Below are positions 41,988 through 54,976 of a DNA stretch of 64,000 bases, piece by piece (within the stretch, counting starts at the first letter, position 1; every line of letters begins with the position of its first letter). Source of the stretch: Octopus vulgaris (Eukaryota); NCBI GenBank assembly GCA_951406725.2, contig OX597828.1, positions 75,702,001-75,766,000 on the forward strand, given 5' to 3'. The position numbers and the translations under genes were made by a program. The notes beneath the pieces were generated by a model. That model searched no databases. It was not told the origin of the DNA and saw only the letters and a list, made by a program, of their open reading frames with translations.

Positions 41988-43036
41988 ACTGCGTTTGTGT
42001 GTGTAACATGCCAGTGTTTCTCTTCTACTTTCATTAGTATTCGTAGCGGTTATTTCATTTAGTGATGTCGATATTAAAACATCTTAACGCTGCAACACGT
42101 CATGACATGTATTTTATCTCCGAAATTACGTTTCGCCAAGGCAGAATTGGCGGAAACATATAGAATATTTAATTAAACTGTCTTTCTTGTGTGGAATTGA
42201 GGTAATGCTTGAAACACTTCGGATGACTTTAGCAAGAAATGCTGACGTGATGAGGAAATCGAACAAAGAGGTTTTGGTTTCTTATTAGATTGGACAAAGT
42301 AAATTGGAACACAAGAACTGCCCCCAGATAAGGATCATTCATCATTCAAGATAATCATCGTTATTCTATGTTTATGTTGTTGCTGCTGTTGTTGTTCAGC
42401 TCTAGGTCAGCTTTGATCGAAGAAGCCTATTATGTGATCAAAGTATTCCAGGCATGGCCATCCCATGCGTTTTGAGACCATGTGTCTTGAAATCTTTTAT
42501 CGTCTAAGGAGTGATTTGGTTGCTATTTCTTATGAACAGAGCCACGTATTCTCCTTCGTTGGATCGAAACTTTCTTTCACGTGTTGTCAAGGGGCTGCTG
42601 GATGGCGGGAACGACCGATTCCTCCACTAAATGAATTTACATTGTTTATTTGAATCCATTTACTTCCTGAGTTCGAATTGCAATCCTGGAAAATGGAATA
42701 AAAGTGTGGAGGCGGAGTCGATTACTTCGGTTACACCGATTTTAAAGTTTGAACATCCTGCCAGTATCAGAAATATGAATACCAAATTTTCCAGTATAAA
42801 ATTCGAAATTTTCAAACCAAATTTTAATGCCCCAAAAGGTAGGTCGATTTGTTAAGTTACCCACTAAGACGACTTCCGAGGTCCAAATATTCAATGTGAA
42901 ATGCGGCAGGATTTGAAAAGATATTGACAATGATTGAATCTTTACACTAGATGTTTACTCTACATCGGTAAAGACGATATAATATACATACATACATACA
43001 TACATACATACATACATACATACATACATAGATACA

Positions 43037-43070
<34 letters not shown>

Positions 43071-43776
43071 AACATTTTTATATAAATAAGTATACGAGCG
43101 TTATTTAAAATAACGATCATATGAAGTGGCCAGCATGGGAAGAAAACTCTTATAGGTAATAATTATTATCAAAGTTATAATTAAGGGTACCTAAGAGTGT
43201 CAGGTTTTGACTGATATTTCGAGCATGGTGATATCGCTTAGGTACATGTAATTAGAATTCATTATATATATATATATACTTCATAGAGGATCCGTCGGTG
43301 AAGGTTGACCTGTCTCTGGATACGCTTGCGCAAGTCTGGGCACGACATTTCTGAAGAAAGCTGGAAGTTTCACATGCATATAAGTCTCCTTTATTTGTGC
43401 CCATGATATTTATCAAAGAGATAAACATGAATGCTAGCAGAAACAAACGACCAAAACTGTTTATGCAAGTCGAGTAGTTTAGAAAGGAAAACAGAATCTA
43501 TAGAATATGGTTTTTAAGAGACTCGTGATGAGCATCTCGAGAGAAATCTAGAATATTTCACGATATCAATCCGGATATATTGTATATATATTTGTATTCA
43601 GACACATGTACACTGCCTCTCTTAGTCTGTCAATATCTCCGGGTTGATTTCGTAAAATATTATTCTGGAGTTCTTTCGAGATGCTCACCCGTTGTACCTC
43701 TGTGTGAACAAGTGGCAACAATAAGAGTAATAGCGCCGAAATGAGCTATGACGGTCTACCATCGTTTCTACCTTGC

Positions 43777-43812
<36 letters not shown>

Positions 43813-43848
43813 AGTGTAGGTGGTATACGAATGGGTATATATATATAA

Positions 43849-44310
43849 AAAAGAAGTTTGAAAACTCCACTATATAAGATAAATGTTAATTTTCTTAGAA
43901 ATTTTACATGTTTCGGTTCTTCTTGAAAAAACGAACCTTATCAAAAATATTTTTAACAGTTAGGTGTAATAAAAAAAGGTTCATAATTGTTTCTTACTAG
44001 TCTCAACAGAATCCACGTGGTGTTTTTTTGTGGGGGAGAGCATAATAGCTGTCTTGTGTGTTGACTAAAGTTGGGGAAATGACCAGTGGCCGAAATAGCA
44101 GTAGTAGCAGTGACTGTTGGTCGTAGTAGTAGTGACCACGGTGGTGGTGGTGGTTGGAGTTGCAGCAGTCCAATGGCTGTAGTAGTAGCAGCAGCAGTGG
44201 ATGGAGTTGTGGTAGCAGTAGCAGCAGTGGGAGACTGTTGATCGTAGTAGTAATAGTAGTAACCATGGTGGTTGTAGTATTAGTAGAAGTACACTACTAC
44301 TACTACTACA

Positions 44311-44363
<53 letters not shown>

Positions 44364-44775
44364 CGTGTTCACTACTGTTACTACTACGATCAACAGTCTT
44401 CCAGTGCTGCTACTACTACCACAACTCCATCCACTGCTGCTGCTACTACTACAGCCATTGGACTGCTGCAACTCCAACCACCACCACCACCGTGGTCACT
44501 ACTACTACGACCAACAGTCACTGCTACTACTGCTATTTCGGCCACTGGTCATTTCCCCAACTTTAGTCAACACACAAGACAGCTATTATGCTCTCCCCCA
44601 CAAAAAAACACCACGTGGATTCTGTTGAGACTAGTAAGAAACAATTATGAACTTTTTTTATTACACCTAACTGTTAAAAATATTTTTGATAAGGTTCGTT
44701 TTTTCAAGAAGAACCGAAACATGTAAATTTTCTAAGAAAATTAACATTTATCTTATATAGTGGCGTTTTCAAACT

Positions 44776-44781
<6 letters not shown>
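43849..44781. repeat. About 930-bp near-perfect palindrome flanked by (TA)n
   Basis: Arms of about 415 bp are reverse-complementary with a few mismatches; the centre is (GTA)n/(TAC)n. Confidence 0.95.
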
Positions 44782-44850
<69 letters not shown>

Positions 44851-44862
44851 CGTATATACATA

Positions 44863-45728
44863 CACGAGTTGGTATCAAAAAGTTTCCGGACTAGCCCTGT
44901 TGCGTGCCAACGGAAGACAGCACATGGTTACGGTTGTAGTGAGAACTAGCAGTGACTTTCATGAAGCAGTGTGCCGAGTGACATCACTGTATTTCCATCG
45001 CAAGTTGTGAAACTTGTGTTTCTGTGATCACGTGTATGCTGTGTTCTGTGATTTTGTTATGAACAAAGAAGCAACGTGAAATTTTGCGTTAAATGTGAAA
45101 TGTCTGCTACAGCGACATTGAGCAAGTTTACGGCGCTGAGGCAATGGGTCATACGCAATGTTTCGAGTGGTATGGGCGCTTCAAAAGCTGGAGAATGTTC
45201 CTGGAAGACGATGAGTTCTGTCCATGTGTGTCACTCCCGGAAATGTGGCATTGTGCATCGAAAATCCTTTCACGAGGGCTAGACCGTCAACTGAGACATT
45301 TTGAAGAGCATGAGGGAGGATATTCGGCGAAAGCGACCGGATCTGTGAAGCGTGAAGAGTTGGGTTCTTCCCTGTGTTCTCCTTACACATGTGTTTCTGG
45401 CCCCCTTCCCCAAAAAACATAGTATTACTTCTGCACCGTCTTATTTACCAGATTAAGTACCTCCGGACTTCCATCTCTTCCCCAAAGTAAAAATGCAGCC
45501 CAAAGATCGCCGCTTTAAAACCGATGTCAAGATCCAGAACGAATCGCAGAAGGTCCTCGCTTACGGAAACAACTTCCAGGCCGGATTCCAAAAATGGCAG
45601 GAAAGCCGAGACTGGTGTATTGCTGCGCAAGGTGACTATTTCGAAGGAGATTATGCTAACTTATTTACTTAAGTTATTTTTTTATATTAAACGTAAGTAG
45701 TCTGGGAACATTTTCATACTACCTCATG
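44863..45728 (+). mobile_element. Internally deleted mariner element
   Basis: TIRs CGAG.TGGTATCAAAAAGTTTCCGGACTA / TAGTCTGGGAACATTTTCATACTACCTC; peptides CFEWYGRFK, PDFHLFPKVK and QGDYFEGD. Confidence 0.85.
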
Positions 45729-45767
45729 TGGCCGCTGGTAAATGACTGAAATATATAAAAGAATAAG

Positions 45768-45806
<39 letters not shown>

Positions 45807-47599
45807 CTCAAACACACATACGCAAATACATACATACAATCACCTTCGATTAGTTTTCACAGCAATCTACTCTCCATAATGCTAGAAATCATATTTCTTT
45901 CCTTAACAAAACCAAAAACTTCGTACTACAAGTCAGGATATATTTTTGAACAGAACCATTCAAAATTGACATTTATTGGACTCATAATCTATCTAACAAC
46001 CTATCTATCTGCCTAACTGCATATTTATCTATTCCCAACTCCCCTCTCTTTCTCTCTTCATTTATATAATGTAATGCATGCCTGCTGACAAGTGTATACC
46101 TACCTACCTACCTACCTACCTACCTACCTACCTACCTACCTACCTACCTACCTACCTACATGCATACATACATACACACATACACACATACACACATACA
46201 TACAGATATGTGTAGGCAAACACATGTATTTATTGCTGATACGCATGCTTTGGCGTGTTTGGAATTGTTTCCTTCAATATATTTCCTATATTTGTGTTCC
46301 ATTGTAGAAAACAATGGAATCACCTTGATCGCCTTTTCAAGAACTAAACAGATAACTCCATCCATGGCATGGCAGCGTGATCAAACGAAGATTACAACGT
46401 AGAAGCAACGAGATGTTTGCAAACACGAATAGAAGGCATGGTTTTATAGGCAGATTAACAAGCCTTGTAATTAAGATGTAATCCGGTGATGTATTGATAA
46501 GTGTTTAGGATTATTAACAATAACATTCTCAGTATCGGCTGGACACCACGGCTGGCGTAGTCATATTTTATATAGAAATAGAGGCAATTGCCAAATATCG
46601 TTGCTGCTGTTGTTTATCTCAGCGCTTCTCGAAAAGCTTCGTGGTCAAAGGTAGTCTTAAGTTAACAAATTTCAATTTGTACTTTATTTAAAGACAGTCG
46701 GGTGTGATCTGAGGGAGATTTCACTACCACTGTTTCTATCAGGTCAGGCGATTACATCGAGTCTCTCCCGTTGGCACGTTTGGTTGTTATTTAGACCTGC
46801 TGGATCTCAGCAGTTCTGGCCGTAACCATTTCATATATTATTCAAGTATAATGTGTATTTTATATTTCGTGCTTTAATAACCATTGTGTTCGTCATTTTT
46901 TTCACATTGGTAAATTTTGAGGGACTTTTGGGTGCTTTTTCTAACAAATACCTCAATCGAGTAAAGCATCACTTTTTGGTTTGCAGTAATTCCAGTAGTT
47001 TTGGGTAAACACATTCAAAATATGTGTCCGTGCGTTTGTGTGTATGCATCTATGTATATATCCCAGGTACAACAAACTGCGTCCGTGGTGTGGCTTCAGT
47101 TCAGGTGTTCTAGAACTGTGGGCAGATTGTCACCCATTAACTACCATTACTTCCATGTCCATTCTGACCCAAAACAGCAATACATGTAAGGGTCCCACCT
47201 AAAGATTAAATAGATTTCTCTGCAGTAGACGAGGCTCCCATTATTTTTAACAAAGCCGTGAGTAAGGCAAATCTTCTAGGAAGAAAATACCCTGACATAA
47301 AACTTGCAGTCAAAACAGTACAATCGATTTGGTAGTGCTTGCTATTGGAACCTACTATAGCGCTGAGAGAATGATGTACGAGCTTTTGGCGCTTAAATCC
47401 AATGATGTACTGATGTCTCATTATCGGTCCATTTTTTGAGCCGTTTTGTATTTTATAAAGTCCTATGGTGATGGATGGTGTGGAACGGCATTTCAACACA
47501 TGCAAGGGTGAATATGGATCAGAACAATCAGATTAAGTGTGAGACAGCTTTCATCTAACAAGACAAAGCAATCATCGCGTGTTTGTGTATGTGTGTGTG

Positions 47600-47735
47600 T
47601 ATATATATATATACATATATATATATATACATATATACATATATATACGTATATATATATATACATATATATATACATATGTATATATATACATATATAT
47701 ATATATACATATATATATATACATATATATATATG

Positions 47736-47819
<84 letters not shown>

Positions 47820-48052
47820 CATATATATATATACATATATATATATATACATACATACATATATATATATATATACATACATATATATATATATACATAC
47901 ATATATATATATACATATATATATATACATACATATATATATATACATATATATATATATACATACATATATATATATACATACATATATATATACATAT
48001 ATATATATACATATATATATATACATACATATATATATATATACATATATAT

Positions 48053-48107
<55 letters not shown>

Positions 48108-48126
48108 CATACATATATATATATAC

Positions 48127-48157
<31 letters not shown>
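47600..48157. repeat. (TA)n/(TACA)n tract
   Basis: Direct inspection. Confidence 0.97.
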
Positions 48158-48158
<1 letters not shown>

Positions 48159-48319
48159 TGTTATATTTCGGAATGGTCATATTGCCAGTTTAGCCAATAA
48201 AAACACACGCACTATATATTTGGTGTTATTTTGCTTCAGTGATATTTATTTTTTACATTAATCTTAATCTTATTTCGGCCAAAGTTCTTTCTTATGACCA
48301 TTCCGAAATATAACAATAT
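48155..48319. repeat. 165-bp element with 27-bp perfect terminal inverted repeats
   Basis: ATATTGTTATATTTCGGAATGGTCATA ... TATGACCATTCCGAAATATAACAATAT. Confidence 0.8.
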
Positions 48320-48372
48320 CTGTTTCAACACACGACTTCACATAAAAAATCTTGCACAACAAATATTTAAAC

Positions 48373-48432
<60 letters not shown>

Positions 48433-48498
48433 TATATATATATATATGAAGGAAAAAAATTCTAAATGATGAACTTTTATCTTACCTTATATATTATA

Positions 48499-49671
48499 CT
48501 AGCATTAAAGGCCCGTCGTTGCCGGGTCATAGTGCTAGTGCATGTATATGTGTATATATATGTGTACATATTACATGTACATCTATATATATACATCTAC
48601 ACATGAAATACAAAATACAAAGTTATATCTTGATATCGCTGGTGATAACAATACTCAAAATATATAACAGACTGGAATTGTTAGCCTGTCTCTTGTAATT
48701 TCGACAATTGTATATTGTCCTCCCTCTTGTATAGAAGTGTGGCTACAATCCAGCCTACCTCTACTTCGGGGGGGGGGGGGGGGGCATTTAAAATTTTTTT
48801 CCGGGACGTCCTACGTCCCAGATATAGAGGTAAAGATAAAATATTTCCACTTTGCAAGTTCGAGTCGAGTACTCCCTTGCACGCTCCGTTGACTCGAACC
48901 TTGCTTCTATTGTGGCGAATTTACCGCCTCTTTCATTGTCGCACCAAGACACTTTTCGAAGGTGCTTTCCTCCATGTGTTTTTTCTCTTCTTTTTTCTCT
49001 ACATTGTATACTTTATAGACAATAGTCTTTTCTTTAATTTAATTTTTTATTATCCATCTGGATTATTCCATTTCTGCACACTAATTTTACTTTTAATTTA
49101 TTCCCATTCATGTGAAACCACTTATTCAAGTTCAAGTCATTGATGCAATTTTATACCAATTGCTATTTTTACTTTTTTTTATGTTACGATTATATTATAC
49201 TTTAGTTTGATTTTAATTATGACTTAATACATATAATTCAATTGTTATTATTATTTTTATTGTTAAAGTGAAAGCATCTGACATAAAATAGAGAAACGTT
49301 TTTGTTTCACTTTTAACACGTAATACTGAAATAGTGGAGAAGATATGATATTGCTATGGGCTCGCTCTAGGCAAAAAGTTGAACATTTTGTTTTGCCCAT
49401 GAAACTACAAGGACCCTAAGTAAGGCATGAGTAAAATTTGAATGAAATTGGTTGTGTAGTTCTCAAGCTTTAGGGAATCGTAGTGGAGAAGATATGCTAT
49501 TGCTGTGGGCTCGCCCTAGGCAAAAAGTTAAAAAACATTTTGCCGATGACACTCCCCGGACAATAAGTAAGGCATGTGTAAAATTTGAATGAAATTGGTT
49601 GTATGGTTCTCAAGTTTTAGAGAAACACACAGACAGACAGACACACATTCTCAGTTTTATATATATAAAGA
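48499..49671 (-). mobile_element. Non-autonomous Helitron
   Basis: The minus strand starts A|TC followed by TATATATAAAA and (GTCT)n. It ends with hairpin CCCG-gcaacga-CGGG, then CTAG|T. There is an internal tandem duplication of about 149 bp (49332 and 49481). Confidence 0.8.
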
Positions 49672-50125
49672 TATTACTTATTTATATGCTTCCTATATAT
49701 ATGTATTTTTATATATTTTTATATATCTATATATTTATATATTACTTTATATTTTTACGTATTTATTATTCTAGGTGTTGTAATGTTTTTAAAAAATATA
49801 TATTTCTTAATCGCTAAAGTATTAACTTTTAACCGTGATGAACTGTATTCACACATTTTTCTCGCATTTTCTTATATCCTTGTACAGATGAGTTATGTTT
49901 CATCTTCCGTGATGTTATACATGTATATTCTATGATAAAATGTTCGCGATATGAAATGTTACGTGGATGGCCTTGCATTTGTTTGTTCTACAACCACAGT
50001 TTAATATATTTGTCTCATTTAATTGAGCACTTCTATAGCAGTCCTATTAAACATTTTGTTCCTGATAAGAAACAATCACTGTATTATTGATATATATATA
50101 TATATACATATATATACACACACAC

Positions 50126-50166
<41 letters not shown>

Positions 50167-50175
<9 letters not shown>

Positions 50176-50885
50176 TTAATAAGGGTGAGAGAATTAGATA
50201 CTAATTTAATAGTATATCTATTCAACACCAAGTGGCCTAGTGCTCCGAGAAACCTGGATTATTATAATATTTTATAATATATTATAATATTTTTACAAAA
50301 TAAATATAAGAGAGTGAGCCATATAGTGACCACTCTCTTATATTTATTTTGTAAAAATATTATAATATATTATAAAATATTATAATAATCCAGGTTTCTC
50401 GGAGCACTAGGCCACTTGGTGTTGAATAGATATACTATTAAATTAGTATCTAATTCTCTCACCCTTATTAATTAATTATAATTATGCTACATTTATTTCT
50501 AAATGCAGTATTTGTTTTCCGTGAGAGTTTGGCGCGCTGTTAGTTGGGGCATTTGAATTATAACGTCGGATGTAATCAATTGAACTACACGTGTATTTAT
50601 CGTTATGGTAAAATCTGGCGTGTGATTGAGTGGATTTCATCCAGATAGTTTTGGCTGACGAGCTACAAGTGGATTTTTTTGTAAGTAAAATTACATTTAA
50701 TTCATTAATAGCGAAACAATTGTCCCAAAATAATCTGTATTTTTGTTATTTTTTATTTGCCCTGTCCGTGTGAGCTAACAATCGTACTGACTTTCATGGG
50801 AAACATGTATTTTTGTGGTTGAAACCTTTTGGATTAACTAGTGCTAGAGTGAGCCATATAGTGACCACTCTCTTATATTTATTTT
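50167..50885 (+). mobile_element. Noncoding PLE/retrozyme-like element: 150-bp inverted 5' arm, 535-bp unit and 40-bp terminal direct repeat, inserted in (TA)n
   Basis: IR at 50167-50316 and 50331-50480; direct repeat 50311-50350 = 50846-50885; contains an HHR. Confidence 0.8.
50642..50737 (+). ncRNA. Type I hammerhead ribozyme, apparently intact; predicted cleavage after GUC at 50724
   Basis: TTTTGG-CTGACGA-GCTA..(long stem-loop)..TAGC-GAA-ACAATTGT-C-CCAAAA; stem I is extended by CAGAT/ATCTG. Confidence 0.9.
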
Positions 50886-50906
50886 ATATATATATATATA
50901 TATATT

Positions 50907-51804
50907 TTGTTGGCATCCTTTTTGTCTCGGGAGACAATGGAGTTGCGCATAAAGTAGTCTAGTCTGGCTTTTACATTTCATGTCCTGATACATTTCCTGC
51001 TGTGGCTGTGTAGTTCTATCCTGGACAAACACTCCCTCTGGCAGGTACTGCAAATGTAGCGAAGACTGTTCCTGGCTGGTTGTAATGCCATAGTTTCTTG
51101 TTGACGTATTTTCTTGTCTTTCCATTTCTCCTCTCTCTCTCTATCACTCTTTTGTATTCCCTCTTTTACGGTACGTCGCCAATCTCCAACCGATAATATT
51201 GATGTTGCAGGCCTTCATGTCCCTTTTGCAAACATCCTTGTAACGTAAGAACGGTCTACCCACAGACCTAGTACCCCTAGCAACCTCTCCGTAGAGTATG
51301 TCCTTGGGGATTCTGCCATCTTTCATACGGTTAACATGCCCAAACCATCTCATACGTCTTTGTGTGAGGAGTGCAAACATGCTTGGTATTCCTGCTTGCC
51401 TGAGGACATCTTTGTTGGGGATATGATTCTGCCATTTGATGCGGAGAATTTTCCGGAGGCAGCGCAGGTGAAAGATGTTTAGGCGACGCTCTTGGCGTGT
51501 GTATAGCGTCCAAGTCTCACTTCCATACAGTAGAGTGCTAAGTACATATGCCTGGTAGATCTTCATTTTCGTGGTCTTGGTCAGCTTATTGTTGTCCCAA
51601 GCCCGTTTGGAGAGTTGGGCCATCGCAGCAGCTGCCTTGCCAATGCGTATATTGAGCTCAGCGTCAGGGGATAGGTTGTAGGTGACGGTACAGCCAAGAT
51701 AGGTAAACTTCTCCACCTCTTGTAATCTGTGGTCTCCAATATGTATGTTTGGGATGTCCGATGTAGCCTGACCCATGATGTTGGTCTTCTTAAGGCTGAT
51801 AGCT
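50907..51804 (-). mobile_element. RTE (BovB-like) LINE, 5'-truncated, RT C-terminus
   Basis: LQEVEKFTYLG, RIGKAAAA, LSTLLYGSETW, HLRCLRKIL, RWFGHVNRM.DGRIPKDILYGE; 3' end CGAGACAAAAAGGATGCCAACAA. Confidence 0.93.
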
Positions 51805-51871
51805 AATATATATATATATATATATGTACACACACACATATATATATATATATACACACACATATATATAT

Positions 51872-52186
51872 ATCTTTTACTTGTTTCGGTCATTAGACTG
51901 CGGCCATGCTGGGGCACCACCATATTTTTTTGTGGAATGAATCGACCCCAGTATTTACATTTTAAGTCTGGTTTTTATCCTATCGGCCTCGTTGTCGAAC
52001 CGCTAAGGTACGAACACACATATATGACGGGCTTCTTGTAGTTTCCGTTCACCAAATCCACTCACAAGGCTTTGGTCAGCCCGAGGCTTTAGTAGAAGAC
52101 GCTCGGCCAAGGTGCCAAACAGTGGGACTGACCCCGGAACCATGTGGTTGGGAAGGAAGCTAGTTAACACATAGCCACTCCTGCGG
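51872..52186 (-). mobile_element. SINE family B
   Basis: Homology to 25939-26350. Confidence 0.8.
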
Positions 52187-52429
52187 TCTATATATATGTG
52201 TGTGTGTGTGTGTGTAAAACGTATGCAAGTATGTATGTACAATGTGATTTGGCAGAGTCGCTAGAGTGTTGTTTCAAATTCCACCAGGGTCAATGCTTGC
52301 TTCATTCTTTCGGGGCGTATGAAGAAGTACTATCGAGGGCAGTGAATTAACGGAATTGTTAAAGCGTCAGATGTTATTTGTCTCGGCACTTTACGCTCTG
52401 AATCGGCAATGATACTCGTCCCAAGCTTA

Positions 52430-52900
52430 AAACTGGTATAATCCACCGTATGACATGAAAGTTAGTATTTCAATCTCCTGCATGAAATTTCACTCCAACT
52501 AAAGAAATATAACGAACAATTTAAGAACAATAACACTAAGGCGAACCATTTATGAGTCAACAGCATCGAATTCTGCGTCCCATCTCTCAAGTAAAAATAT
52601 GCACATTAGAAAACTATCGCACAATCGGTTAACTTAATTCCAGGAATCTCACAACTTCCTCCATTATAGGATTGTGTGCATCCAAACTTGCGATATACGT
52701 AGTTTGTATAAATCACCGAGGTGACATAAAAGGAACTAACCGCGAACACATTCGAAAATAAACATTAAGCCTTATCACCATCAAATTATCTCCTCAAGCC
52801 AATGTATTTTTATGTTCTGAAAGATAATTATGAACAAATTTCTGTTTAGTTCACATTGCATAATTAAAATATCACAAAGTAAGGAAAATAAAGTAGGATA
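52430..52900 (+). mobile_element. Highly degenerate Naiad-like PLE remnant
   Basis: WYNPPYDMKV (cf. WFNPPYS.NV), GLCASKLAIY and LTANTF (cf. YIGLTENTF) occur in the expected order. Confidence 0.55.
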
Positions 52901-53468
52901 GGCCAATGGCAGCAATTTCAGTAAATACATCAACGATGATGCACTGAATATAGTCGGTGAAATATTCTTAATTGTTTAAAATATCTCGAATAAGGAGAAA
53001 GTAAACAAAAACCTAGCGGCAACTGTAAACGTTGCCAAAAATGGTGGTGGGGGGGGATAATTTCAAATAATTAGCAATTAATGCCTCTTTTATAATCTCT
53101 CATTATGGTGGTGACTACTCCTCCTCCTTCTGCAACCTCTTCATCATCCATTTTCTGTTTTCTTCTTTCTGAACTTCTCTCTCTTCTACTTTTGTTTTTC
53201 TCCCCATTCCTCTGCCTTTTCCTCATTGCCTCTTTCCAGCGCCACCTCATTATTTATCTCAAGCGGAAATAATTCTCTAAATGTTCAGACAAGACTGACA
53301 AAATAATTGTTCGCCACCACTAACTATGTTGTGTTCGTATCTTTACTGTACATATACACGTGTGTGTGTGTGTGTGTGTAAGTATATGTATATATATATC
53401 ATATAATATACGCATGTGTATGTTTACATTTATATATACATATACGTATACAAATATGCGGATGTATG

Positions 53469-53510
<42 letters not shown>

Positions 53511-54572
53511 AACATATTTATGTCTTGTGTATTTATTTATTTGTTCATTTATTTATTAGAAAGCCTCATCTCATTATTGATCTCATTCGAAATTCTTTCT
53601 AATGTTGATCGAAAATGATCGATTGAATAGTCTGAAATCAATTGTACTAAGCATTCTAACCATACAAATTGATTTTAACGCCATAATGTCACAATAGTTG
53701 AAATCTGTGAACTTCAAGCAATCAAGATAAAAATGGTTTTTGCTTCCATACTGTAAACCATTATATTATAGTTTTGTTTTCGTTGGTTACCCTGAAATTA
53801 GACAAAGAAAATATTTGCATTGTTATTTGTCCATTCGAAATACGGTAGAATGGTAGAGAATGGTTAGCGCGGGCGGACAAAAATACCTTTCTCCATTTAC
53901 ATTCTAACTTCAAATGGCACCGAGGTCGTCATTGGTCTTTCAGCTTTTAAGGAGGTCGATAAAACCGTTAGTACCAGTCAAGTACTGAGGAGATTTAAAG
54001 TACCATTTTCTTTTCCCCCAATTATGTGGTGTTAACTTCTCACAGAAACTATTATTATTGCCCGTTCGAATTCAGAGAATCGGTAAAGGTACCGAGAAAT
54101 ATCTTTTGACAAAATCTCCACTTTTGCTTTTATCATCCCAGCGCCGATAAAATAAATACCAATCAAATACCGCAGGTCGATTTAATCGATTATACTCCAT
54201 CTTGCACTAAATTTTGTGTCTAATTCAGAAGTCATCCTTATTCCTTTGTTGAGACAGACTATGGAATCACAGAAACGTTAAGGAAATAGTTGAAGGAAAA
54301 CACTACTTCGATATATGCCTTAACCATCTAACGTCGGTCGAGGAATATTAGTTTCTTATTTCTATTGAAGACCGATTCCATCAATATTGGATATGATAAT
54401 AAATGAGAAGCAAGCTTTGAAACATTTCGCTCTGAATAGAATTAGAGAAATGGGGTAAAAAACAACAACAACTGAATGATAAATGACTATAGGGGTTTCT
54501 TAATTTGGTATAAATCTGCTCAATGTAGGTAGCGGTAAAACCAAGCTGAACGTCAATATGACATGCTAGAAA

Positions 54573-54976
54573 GGCAGCGAGCTGGCAGAAAGTTTAGCAC
54601 GCCGGGCGAAATGCGTTGCCGTATTTCGTCTACCGTTACGTTCTGAGTTCAAATTCCGCCGAGGTCGATTTTACCTTTCATCCTTTCGGGGTCGATTAAA
54701 ATAAGTACCAGTTATGCACTGGGGTCGATATAATCGACTTAATCCGTTTGTCTGTCCTTGTTTGTTCTCTCTGTGTTTAGCCCCTTGTGGGTAATAAAGA
54801 AATAGAAATAGGTATTTCGTCTGCCGTTACGTTCTGAGTTCAAATTCCGTCGAGGTCGACTTTGCCTTTCATCCTTTCGGGGGTCGATAAATTAAGTACC
54901 AGTTGCGTACTGGGGTCGATCTAATCGACTAGCCCCCTCTCCTAAAATTTCGATCCTTGTGCCTAGAGTAGAAGAG
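54573..54976 (+). mobile_element. Full-length family A SINE with duplicated core and target-site duplication
   Basis: GGCAGCGAGCTGGCAG head; two GTTCAAATTCCG..GGTCGAT.AA.TAAGTACCAG cores; AATATGACATG at 54555-54565 and 54977-54987. Confidence 0.9.

Noticed and set aside
44003-44726. Mirror-image ORFs (87, 190, 65 and 87 aa)
   Set aside because: By-products of the palindrome and trinucleotide repeats.
47206-47505. 99-aa ORF as a gene
   Set aside because: Only a faint resemblance to a decayed LINE RT; too weak to call.
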